A stretch of 11,752 bases of DNA. Origin: Candidatus Thorarchaeota archaeon. GTDB lineage: Archaea > Asgardarchaeota > Thorarchaeia > Thorarchaeales > Thorarchaeaceae. The notes under the pieces are model-generated. The model saw nothing but the letters and a program-made list of their open reading frames with translations, was not told where the DNA came from and searched no databases. Shown here one piece after another: positions 1 to 7,482 of the stretch (the first letter of the stretch is position 1; each line of letters starts with the position of its first letter). The DNA lies in the NCBI GenBank assembly GCA_016839445.1, contig JAEOUG010000091.1:1-11752 (forward strand), given 5' to 3'. Position numbers and translations under genes: made by a program.

Positions 1-146
1 TCATACCAAGTGTAGGAGTCAACCTTGAGCCTAACATGCCTTCCATCCTCTCGTTCGATTCCAATGTACCCGTAGTGTACTCCAGAGTTTCCTAGGTCGG
101 CAATGGCGGCTGATACAATCTTTCCAATGACCTGCATATCTTCCAC
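1..146 (-). CDS. Hypothetical protein, N-terminal part (runs off window start)
   Basis: Hand translation from GTG at 146 (or ATG at 137): MEDMQVIGKIVSAAIADLGNSGVHYGYIGIEREDGRHVRLKVDSYTWY..., open to position 1. Beta-strand-rich pattern. A BRE/TATA-like element lies just upstream. Confidence 0.7.
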   Translation of the reverse strand, partial: MEDMQVIGKIVSAAIADLGNSGVHYGYIGIEREDGRHVRLKVDSYTWY

Positions 147-170
147 TATATTAACAATAGTGAATAATCG

Positions 171-184
171 AGATAAGGGTTTGG
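171..184 (-). promoter_or_regulatory. Putative archaeal BRE/TATA promoter for the 1..146 gene (probably leaderless)
   Basis: Minus strand reads CCAAACCCTTATCT, with TTAT about 27-30 nt upstream of GTG146. Confidence 0.4.
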
Positions 185-194
185 CTGTGTGCAG

Positions 195-728
195 CTAATC
201 CCGAACACTTCGAAGGCTATTCTTGTACATCTCTACGTTCTTGATGTAGGACTCCACGTATACATCAATAGCCGCTCGGGCAGGATCCTCCGGGCCTATG
301 TCCCGCATGTACTTGGCTGGGATTCCCGCGTAGACCTTGTAGGGTTCTGTCACGGTCTTGTCATGAAGCAGCGCGGAGTTGCCGATGAGGGCCCCTTCAG
401 CCACCCTGCTTCCTAGCATGAGGACTGCTCCCATTCCTATTGCGGCCTTGTCATCAATGGCTTCCGCGTGAATCGTTGCGTTGTGGCCTATGTTCACCCG
501 CTTCCCGATTCTAGTGGTGAATCTCGGGTCTGAGTGCACCACGACGCCGTCCTGCAGGTTTGTTTCATCTCCGATAGTGATTGGCCCTCTGTCTCCACGT
601 ACAGAAACGAACGGAGCAACAAACACGCGTTCTCCAATTCTGACTTCCCCGATGATGCAGGCCTGCGGGTGAACGTAGGCGGTGTCCGAAATCACAGGTG
701 TCTTACCATTGACTGAGTACACTGTCAT
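195..728 (-). CDS. Gamma carbonic anhydrase family protein (left-handed beta-helix; YrdA/CaiE/PaaY-like)
   Basis: Hexapeptide repeats, RGD and NLQD motifs, and three Zn-ligand His residues (VVVHSD, IGHNATIH). Start moved to ATG728 (MTVYSVNGKTP): the longer ORF start overlaps the upstream gene, and GAAGTGA precedes 728. Confidence 0.92.
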   Translation of the reverse strand: MTVYSVNGKTPVISDTAYVHPQACIIGEVRIGERVFVAPFVSVRGDRGPITIGDETNLQDGVVVHSDPRFTTRIGKRVNIGHNATIHAEAIDDKAAIGMGAVLMLGSRVAEGALIGNSALLHDKTVTEPYKVYAGIPAKYMRDIGPEDPARAAIDVYVESYIKNVEMYKNSLRSVRD

Positions 729-733
729 TGGAA

Positions 734-1444
734 TCACTTCTTCGCCAGTACGCCGACATATAGTCCATTCGAGGGTATCTTCTCCCTGAACTGCCAACCC
801 GCCCTCTCTGCACACCTTGTCATCTCCTCTGGAGACGCGAGCCACAACTCCAACCAGTTATCAGCCAGACCTTTGTAGGTCACTCTGATTCTAACGAGGC
901 CTGGTGGACGTCCATGCTCCTTGTTTCTGCGGTGGTATGCGAGATGTACTGGGTTCTCACTTCTTTCTGCATCAACAGATTGGGCCAGGATTAGAGCATC
1001 TTCTGTGGTGTACTGATGCAGGCGCGTCAGCATGTCTACTGTCTTGTCTTCGAAACCTAGCACTCCGAAGTTGTTGCCAAACAACAGGACTGTGTCGAAT
1101 CTCTCGTCACCGAATTCCAGATTGTCGGCTGACATGATCCGAGCGTCCTTCAGCCCGTTGATTCGCGATGCCTCAACTGCGCCAGGAGAGATATCTACTC
1201 CAGTGACCTCGTAGCCTTGCTTCTGCAGATGGACCGCCACTCTCCCTGCTCCACAGCCGATGTCCAGCACGCGTCCATTGACGTGCTTCAGCGCATTCTT
1301 CTCTGATTCGTCCCATTCTTCGTATGGCTTGACGTAGGTCAGCACCTCGTCTTGCTCAAGATGTCCGTCGTCTCGCTCAATCTGGTACTGCCCCTCGATT
1401 CCCTTCACTGCATCGAGCATAACCAACCCGTAGACGTCTGCCAT
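734..1444 (-). CDS. Class I SAM-dependent methyltransferase
   Basis: Motif I VLDIGCGAG, VTGVDIS, and FDTVLLFGNNFG; 236 aa; 5 nt gap to the downstream gamma-CA gene. Confidence 0.92.
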   Translation of the reverse strand: MADVYGLVMLDAVKGIEGQYQIERDDGHLEQDEVLTYVKPYEEWDESEKNALKHVNGRVLDIGCGAGRVAVHLQKQGYEVTGVDISPGAVEASRINGLKDARIMSADNLEFGDERFDTVLLFGNNFGVLGFEDKTVDMLTRLHQYTTEDALILAQSVDAERSENPVHLAYHRRNKEHGRPPGLVRIRVTYKGLADNWLELWLASPEEMTRCAERAGWQFREKIPSNGLYVGVLAKK

Positions 1445-1498
1445 GGCCGGAATCGTGTATCGACATGAGAAAAACCTGCGCTTTCGAGGCTCGGAATG

Positions 1499-1506
1499 GT
1501 TAAATC
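1499..1506 (+). promoter_or_regulatory. TATA-like box in a divergent intergenic region
   Basis: GTTAAATC about 40 nt upstream of ATG1547, which is preceded by GAGGGAGA. The identical octamer lies upstream of the ABC ATPase (7426-7433, minus strand). Confidence 0.4.
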
Positions 1507-1546
1507 AAAGCTCCAGCTTCCCCTTGGGAATTGAGGGAGAATCGAC

Positions 1547-2278
1547 ATGGGTTCAGACTCCTTGGGCTCCGCCGTTCCGGAGACCACCATGGTGATATAT
1601 GGAGGTAGGAAGAACGAGGTAGCTCAGTCGCTTGAGAGTGTTCTCGGACTTTCCGAAGAAGACTACTACCAGACATGGGTGAGCCTCGGTCTTATGCGAA
1701 GACTGGGCTTCCTCTTCGAGGGCGGTGTTGAGAGCGCTGGTGGAGTAGGAGAGCTAGTCTGCATGTTTGCTGTACTAGTCATAGTGCTGGCCCTGTTTGC
1801 CTTCTGGAACCTGGCAGTGGTCTTCATCGTTGTCCTTGTCCTGACAGTTCTCAGTGGTGGCGCAGCACTGAAGTTCCTCAGGGGCACCTATGTCACGACC
1901 TCGCTGGACGGTATCGAGCAGAGCCATCTTGATGCCTTCGAAAGACAGCAGGTCATCCTCGGCCGCTTTGTCCAGTTCAAGGGAGGAACTCGTTCTGAAG
2001 ATACTGAACGCTCGTCGTTTGCCACCACTCTGTTCAAGCGAGGAATCCAGGCCGCTCTGCTCGTAGCCACAATCTTCTTGGTTGCTGAGGTCTTGTTCTG
2101 GCTCGTCAATGGACATTGGCTCTCTGGTCTAGATCCTGTCACAGGACCTCTAGAACTCCAGATTCTGATAGCCTTTGGTGCCCTCTTCGTAGTTGGAGCA
2201 GTGATAATGGACATCGGCGTGCTCATTCGATACCGGCTCTCTAGGCAATGGGCACAGAGAGTGGAGGTTGTTGACTAG
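1547..2278 (+). CDS. Hypothetical integral membrane protein (about 4 TM helices)
   Basis: 243 aa ORF with a purine-rich RBS and two pairs of hydrophobic segments. It fills the gap between neighbours, and its stop overlaps the convergent gene's stop in the palindrome CTAG (2275-2278). Confidence 0.8.
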   Translation: MGSDSLGSAVPETTMVIYGGRKNEVAQSLESVLGLSEEDYYQTWVSLGLMRRLGFLFEGGVESAGGVGELVCMFAVLVIVLALFAFWNLAVVFIVVLVLTVLSGGAALKFLRGTYVTTSLDGIEQSHLDAFERQQVILGRFVQFKGGTRSEDTERSSFATTLFKRGIQAALLVATIFLVAEVLFWLVNGHWLSGLDPVTGPLELQILIAFGALFVVGAVIMDIGVLIRYRLSRQWAQRVEVVD

Positions 2279-3540
2279 ACAACTTGGAACACGATGTCCC
2301 AGAACTCACGCTCAGTCACTCCTGTCCTCAGCGAACGGAGTTCCTGCTTTATTCTATCAAACGCAACCTTGGACTGGTCCTTCTTCGCGTCCTCGTGAGT
2401 CTTCTTGACCCGGTCGGCGATTTCCCGGGCTTGGGCCTCAGTTGCCTCTATTCCTCCCATCTTCAACATATATTCGACGAAGTGACGTCCGACGAACTTA
2501 CCTAGATGGAACTCTCGTTTTCTCCCTACAAGAACAGGGCTGATTGGCTCATACGTCATGGAGTGTGTCAGCTGACCATGAGAGTGGATTCCACTTGAGT
2601 GTGTGAAAGCATTGTCCCCACTGATTGATTTGTGCAGCGGGAGTGGAACCACGAAGTGCCTCTCTACGAGCTTTGAGAGTGCATAGAGTCTCTCAGTGAT
2701 GACTCCTGTTTCGATGCCGTAGAGCTGGTCCAAGGCCATGACGACCTCTTCAAAGGCGGCGTTGCCCGCGCGTTCTCCATACGCATTGACACAGACCTGC
2801 GGGTAGGTCACACCTTCCTCTATTGCTGCAAGCGTGTTGGCGGTAGCTAGACCGAAGTCGTCATGACAATGAACCGCCAGTGGCACCTTGTACTTCTGGT
2901 CCGACCACAGTCGCTCTCGTACCTCTCTCACGATGTATCTCATGACTTCCGGTCTGACAAAACCAACGGTGTCTGCAATGCAGACCTTGCTTGCTCCAGC
3001 ATCAATTGCAGTCCTGTACGCGTCACACAAGAAGTCCATGTTACTACGCGTGGAGTCTTCAGCTATGTAGTCAATGATAAGGCCGTGGTCCTTCCCGTAC
3101 TCAACACACTCTGTGAGTCTTTCAAGCATCTCTTCCCTGGTCATCCTGAGCTGGTACTTCAGCCTGAAATCTGACGTGGCGATGAACACAGGAACCTCTT
3201 CTACTCCGGCATCGATACAGGCATCAATGTCTGACTTCATTGCGCGGGCTGGCGCCGCCACCTTCGCCTTGGAGAGACCTTCCCTCGCGACAGCCGCGAC
3301 TGCCTTCTTCTCACCCTCACTAACGGCTGGGAACCCTACTGCGACAATCGATGTACCGATCTCATCTAGCATCTTCGCTATGTCGATCTTCTCCTCAACT
3401 GTGAGGGCGACTCCCGGTGTCTGCTCACCGTCTCGCAGTGTCTCGTCCCAGATGTGAACTCTCTTTGGCAGGCCATTGGGCTTTGTGCTCACTATCTTGT
3501 TGTAGTTGACCGCAAGTCCTGCCTTCTCTAGGGTTTCCAT
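2275..3540 (-). CDS. 2-isopropylmalate/citramalate/homocitrate synthase family enzyme (DRE-TIM metallolyase) without the C-terminal allosteric domain
   Basis: DETLRDGEQTPG, IADTVG, metal-binding HCHDDFGLA, GERAGNA, AFTHSSGIH and YEP motifs. At 421 aa it is shorter than the ~500 aa regulated LeuA/CimA enzymes. Substrate cannot be assigned. Confidence 0.93.
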   Translation of the reverse strand: METLEKAGLAVNYNKIVSTKPNGLPKRVHIWDETLRDGEQTPGVALTVEEKIDIAKMLDEIGTSIVAVGFPAVSEGEKKAVAAVAREGLSKAKVAAPARAMKSDIDACIDAGVEEVPVFIATSDFRLKYQLRMTREEMLERLTECVEYGKDHGLIIDYIAEDSTRSNMDFLCDAYRTAIDAGASKVCIADTVGFVRPEVMRYIVREVRERLWSDQKYKVPLAVHCHDDFGLATANTLAAIEEGVTYPQVCVNAYGERAGNAAFEEVVMALDQLYGIETGVITERLYALSKLVERHFVVPLPLHKSISGDNAFTHSSGIHSHGQLTHSMTYEPISPVLVGRKREFHLGKFVGRHFVEYMLKMGGIEATEAQAREIADRVKKTHEDAKKDQSKVAFDRIKQELRSLRTGVTEREFWDIVFQVV

Positions 3541-3586
3541 GAGTTACGCCAACCTCTGCCTCAATGGGGGCAGTTGTCTGCCAATA

Positions 3587-4132
3587 TCACTGGAAGGTGT
3601 AGCGACCAGTCTTGGCTGTTTTCTCTGATTTGGATTGAAGCATATCTATCTGCTTATCGCGCTCTTGCTTGGATATCTGACCCTTCTCGAATGTCGCCTC
3701 AACCTTTCCCTTCTTGTACTCGGCCTTAGCTCGTTCTATGTGTGCGAGTCTGAGTGATGACTCAAAGAGGGGTATGGCTCCTGTCTTCTCACCAATACCC
3801 TCTAGCATAGGCTTCCAGCAGATCTCCTCAATATGAAAGGAGTACTCAAGACCTCTCTCGAGAATTCGGTTCCAGATTGGACATGTGTTGACGACGATGC
3901 TTGGCCCACTCACCTCAACGTCTAGTCCCATTGCGCTCATGACTTCACGTGCGATTGCTGCCGCGGACTCTGGGCCTTTGCCCCCAATCTTCTCAGCGGC
4001 CTCGAGGCCGATCTGTCGGAACCCTCCTGAGTATCCTTCGTACATGGAAAGAGGTCCCGTATTGTCGCGAAGGCCCCACCAGAGACCATCAAGAAAGGCC
4101 ACAAAGCTGGTTCTGAGTAGTTCCAGTTCCAT
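3587..4132 (-). CDS. Hypothetical protein with a putative V4R/MetOD1-like ligand-binding fold
   Basis: Helical N-terminus (G..IG..AA), then IVVNTCPIW...HIEEIC...MLEGIG and a terminal strand GRYTF. ATG4132 overlaps the upstream stop (TGATG), with AGGAGGT 8 nt upstream; GTG4135 is an alternative start. The CDS is secure, the fold call is tentative. Confidence 0.75.
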   Translation of the reverse strand: MELELLRTSFVAFLDGLWWGLRDNTGPLSMYEGYSGGFRQIGLEAAEKIGGKGPESAAAIAREVMSAMGLDVEVSGPSIVVNTCPIWNRILERGLEYSFHIEEICWKPMLEGIGEKTGAIPLFESSLRLAHIERAKAEYKKGKVEATFEKGQISKQERDKQIDMLQSKSEKTAKTGRYTFQ

Positions 4133-4881
4133 CACTTATTACCTCCTACGGTGAAGGGCTTCCCCCATGTGTCAAGAAAGGCAATCTCCTCTGGCCCCTG
4201 TCTCGGAGGCCCGAGGGTTCGTTCTGCTATAGGATATCCTAGAGTCAGGCAGAGAATTGGCACCCAGTGCGGGAATGGAATTCCCAGCAGCTCCGAAATG
4301 GCTCCAACATCATCGAAATGGTCAAGCTGTACTGATGATACGCAGCTCCCGATGCCCAGTGATGCCGCAGCAAGCGCCATGTTCTCCATCATCATAGAAC
4401 CAGCTATGACTGCGTGGCGTGGACCACTCCAGCCATAGACTCCTCCTGTTCCGCGCAGGGTTGGCTGCGAGTTGCCTACATGGGTCTGATCAACCGCTAG
4501 TACAAGCAGAACTGGAGCTCCGTTCGTCTCAGGTTCTCCCTTGATATACTCGAACCTCTTGCCGGTGATGAGAATATCTATGGTCCTTTCCAGACTGGCC
4601 TTTGACTGAATGTAGCTCAGCCGACGTTCGAGTTCTTCCCTCGGCGTTGCTCTACCAAAGAGCTCGATTGTCCGATTAACGGCCCGCTGGCCTATGAATC
4701 GCTGCTTCTCCTTATCACGCACGACCACGATTCTCCAGGGCTGCTGGTTCTCGGCACTTGGTGCGTAGCCGCCAGCTTCGAGGATCTTGTGGACCAACTC
4801 GTCGGGAACATCCTTGGATGTCTGATAGTCGCGAATTGCCCGACGGTTCTTGATCACTTCAATGGTTTCATTGTCTTCCAA
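4132..4881 (-). CDS. Nitroreductase family (FMN-dependent) protein
   Basis: IKNRRAIRDY, APSAENQQPW, ENMALAAASLGIGSC and LGYP motifs; TTG start preceded by GGAGA. Confidence 0.92.
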   Translation of the reverse strand: MEDNETIEVIKNRRAIRDYQTSKDVPDELVHKILEAGGYAPSAENQQPWRIVVVRDKEKQRFIGQRAVNRTIELFGRATPREELERRLSYIQSKASLERTIDILITGKRFEYIKGEPETNGAPVLLVLAVDQTHVGNSQPTLRGTGGVYGWSGPRHAVIAGSMMMENMALAAASLGIGSCVSSVQLDHFDDVGAISELLGIPFPHWVPILCLTLGYPIAERTLGPPRQGPEEIAFLDTWGKPFTVGGNK

Positions 4882-4952
4882 GGGTGATTTCTCCGGCTAT
4901 TTGTGGCTTGGCGAGTCAATCTCGGCCTTAAGTAAGTAACCGTCTAGTGGCC

Positions 4953-6605
4953 CTATGCAGAGTCAGTCATCGCCATCCTTGATATGCCCACTATGTACAG
5001 GACCATCCCTACTCCCAGCATCGGAGTGGCCAAGATTAGGAGTAGAAGCGGAATGCTCTGAATGCTTTCCATGAGGGAGAATCCTGTCACCATGGAGAAG
5101 AGGAGGACGAACATGATGGTGAAGATAGAAGCGAATGTGTTCAACATGAACGACATGCTCTTCTGGTTCTCGTAGGTCGGGTTGATAGCGGTGATTCCTG
5201 TGCAGATGAGTACCGAACCGATTGTGACCAACAGCGTATAGCCGAAGATGGTAAGGGCCTCCAAGACATCAAACTGGAATATGATTGCCACAGCGATTGT
5301 CGGGATTACGACAATCACCAGTGCGAGGAGTATGGATTGAACGAGCCGGGCCTTCGCGAACTTCCACACACCACGAGGTGCTGACTTTATGATCCAGAGC
5401 TGGTCCTTTGACTCAAGGAATCCGAGTCCGCCAAATGTGACTCCGCTGAGCATGGCTACCATCATGCCCATAACGAGGATGATGATCATCAGGATGATGC
5501 TATGCACCTCCTCCGGTATCTCCTCGGGAATCGACCCAATTGAATAGCTCAGAATCACTGGGAGGAGAACAGAGAGCACGACCCCATAGACCAATCTGGA
5601 CACGTTCTGCATCTTCCTGCTGAACTCCTTTATTGACGTCACTACAGTGACACCAAATGGTCCCGGCAGGAGTCCTCGTATCTTTCTTAGAACGATGTTC
5701 TCTCCATGGATTGTGACGATCTTCTCGGTCCTCGGTCCAGCGCCGAAGCTGAAGATCCTGTCTGCAGCTCTGAATCCGGCAGCTACGATGAGTGCAGAGA
5801 ACAGACCAAGAAGCGTCAGACTTGTGAAGGCATCAAACCTTAGGACTGTAAGAAATGATCCCGCTGACACTCCAATCCCGTTGAAGTAAATGATTGTCCA
5901 CGAGATGGCGTCTGCCGCCCACGTGAAGGGGAAGAGAAGGAACACATCCATGCCGAGCACTGTAGACATTGCATTTGAGAAGTAGATCAGTCCGTACATT
6001 GGGACCAAGACCACGACGGCGACGACCATGGAGAGTGCTTTCGCAATGTCATTTCCACGTGTAGAGTCGCCTAGCTTCGCCTGGATGGCTGTGGTTAGGA
6101 GCGTAGACAAGAACAGGGTGCTTAGAGCCACAATGAAGACAACTACATACATCAGGACCTGCCCGAGAGGACTTACGGCCAAAGCGTTAGTGAATGGTGT
6201 CAGTAGGATGGGGGCCATGAAGAGGACTAGTAGCCCGTAGCTTGGCACCTTTCCCATGAATGATCCGAACATCATGCTGCGGGTTGAGACATTGTTGCTG
6301 AGCATGATTTCCCACTGGCCTATCTGTATCTCCTGCAGGGCATAGGATATCGGATAGATCAACACGACCACCCAAAGGAACAGCATGACAGTTCTCATCA
6401 AGCTGGGGAAGGTCCCTATCAGAAGCAGGTCCACCCCTGGTCCGAAATTGGCGAAGATTGCGACCACTATGGGTGGAGCAATGAATAGTGCCCAAACGAC
6501 TGCGAGGCCAAAGAGCAGAATGATGAGGGACTTCCGCCAACGGCGGATTCTAGATGTCTGGGCAAAGAATTCGGCCTTGGCAATTGCATACCACTTGCCA
6601 GGCAC
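4953..6605 (-). CDS. ABC-2-type exporter permease (large, 12 or more TM segments)
   Basis: 550 aa and very hydrophobic, with N-terminal 'AIAKAEF' typical of ABC-2 permeases. Lies 3 nt downstream of an ABC ATPase; GTG start with a GGAGG RBS. Confidence 0.85.
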   Translation of the reverse strand: MPGKWYAIAKAEFFAQTSRIRRWRKSLIILLFGLAVVWALFIAPPIVVAIFANFGPGVDLLLIGTFPSLMRTVMLFLWVVVLIYPISYALQEIQIGQWEIMLSNNVSTRSMMFGSFMGKVPSYGLLVLFMAPILLTPFTNALAVSPLGQVLMYVVVFIVALSTLFLSTLLTTAIQAKLGDSTRGNDIAKALSMVVAVVVLVPMYGLIYFSNAMSTVLGMDVFLLFPFTWAADAISWTIIYFNGIGVSAGSFLTVLRFDAFTSLTLLGLFSALIVAAGFRAADRIFSFGAGPRTEKIVTIHGENIVLRKIRGLLPGPFGVTVVTSIKEFSRKMQNVSRLVYGVVLSVLLPVILSYSIGSIPEEIPEEVHSIILMIIILVMGMMVAMLSGVTFGGLGFLESKDQLWIIKSAPRGVWKFAKARLVQSILLALVIVVIPTIAVAIIFQFDVLEALTIFGYTLLVTIGSVLICTGITAINPTYENQKSMSFMLNTFASIFTIMFVLLFSMVTGFSLMESIQSIPLLLLILATPMLGVGMVLYIVGISRMAMTDSA

Positions 6606-6608
6606 GTT

Positions 6609-7379
6609 CTAGTCCCTCCATGCCAGCAGTCGGGACCTGTCCACCTCTCCTCCCACAATCTTGAGATATGCTTCTTCGAGGTCTCTCACGCCGATGTTCT
6701 GGACTATCTCTTCCGGTGAGCCCAGGGTCGTCAGGATGCCTTCGTTGAGTATGCCTATTGTCCCACAGACGTCTTCCGCGAAATCCGTCATATGGGTGCA
6801 GATGAAGAAGGTGGTCTCTGTTTCTTCTGCCATGGCGAGGATAAGCTCCTTCACTAAAGCGCTGGCAGCAGGGTCCAGTCGAGACGTTGGTTCGTCGAGG
6901 AAGACCAGGCGAGGTTCATGAATTATGGTGGATGCCACCAGAACCTTCTGCTTCATACCTGAGCTGTATGATTCAAGTAGGTCATTCTGTCTACCCTCCA
7001 GCCCCATTAGCGCCATGAGTCGGTCTATACGTCTGTGAAGGGTTTCACCAGCCAGATCATTGAGAGCTCCAATGAACTCAAGGAATTCGACGGCAGAGAG
7101 TTTAGAGTAGAGGCCTGGTGCTTCCGGGAGAAGGCCCGTCGCGCCCTTTATCTCATCCCTCTGCTTGTGGACATCGAAACCGCATACGGAAGCGGTGCCA
7201 CTGGTTGGCCGCAACAGCCCAGACAGCATCCTAACCGTCGTCGTCTTCCCGGCACCATTGGGACCAAGGAAACCAAAGGTGCTGCCGCGTCTCACCTCAA
7301 GGTTGAGGTTGACGACAGCGCGGATGTTGCCGAAGTTCTTCGAGAGCTCCTTTGTACTGATATCGACTGAGTTTGACAC
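6609..7379 (-). CDS. ABC transporter ATP-binding protein (ABC-2/CcmA-like exporter)
   Basis: Walker A GPNGAGKTT, signature YSSGM, Walker B LVFLDEP, H-loop CTH; GTG start with GGAGAGGAGA upstream. Confidence 0.96.
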   Translation of the reverse strand: MSNSVDISTKELSKNFGNIRAVVNLNLEVRRGSTFGFLGPNGAGKTTTVRMLSGLLRPTSGTASVCGFDVHKQRDEIKGATGLLPEAPGLYSKLSAVEFLEFIGALNDLAGETLHRRIDRLMALMGLEGRQNDLLESYSSGMKQKVLVASTIIHEPRLVFLDEPTSRLDPAASALVKELILAMAEETETTFFICTHMTDFAEDVCGTIGILNEGILTTLGSPEEIVQNIGVRDLEEAYLKIVGGEVDRSRLLAWRD

Positions 7380-7425
7380 GAACCAATCTCCTCTCCAGTT
7401 CTCGGTTTAGGATGAACCCTGAAAC

Positions 7426-7433
7426 GATTTAAC
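7426..7433 (-). promoter_or_regulatory. TATA-like box upstream of the ABC operon
   Basis: GTTAAATC on the minus strand about 46 nt before GTG7379; same octamer as 1499-1506. Confidence 0.4.
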
Positions 7434-7437
7434 ACCT

Positions 7438-7482
7438 ATGGACTGCGCTGAGAGAATCTGTGAGGAGTGGGAATGGACTGCG
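7438..7482. repeat. Direct repeat ATGGACTGCG x2 (7438-7447 and 7473-7482)
   Basis: Exact 10-mer repeated with a 35 nt period in the intergenic region. Confidence 0.85.

Noticed and set aside
147-197. The gamma-CA TAG stop is followed by an open in-frame stretch into the 1..146 gene
   Set aside because: The spacer is AT-rich and holds a TATA-like box and an inverted repeat, so it looks like a promoter. The gamma-CA protein is already of normal length.
729-845. 39-aa N-terminal extension of the gamma-CA ORF given in the ORF track
   Set aside because: It overlaps the methyltransferase coding sequence, and family similarity begins at ATG728.
2275-3540. Assigning the gene symbol leuA, cimA or aksA
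   Set aside because: The paralogues cannot be distinguished by eye, the pocket motifs are atypical, and no pathway context is present.
6603-6611. The ABC ATPase and permease are in the same frame separated only by TAG-AAC, so amber (pyrrolysine) read-through would fuse them
   Set aside because: A good GGAGG RBS precedes GTG6605, both proteins look complete, and an in-frame junction has a 1-in-3 chance. Heavy use of TAG as a normal stop in this window also argues against recoding.
7438-7482. Possible degenerate CRISPR array
   Set aside because: Only two 10-nt repeats, far too short and too few, and no cas genes.
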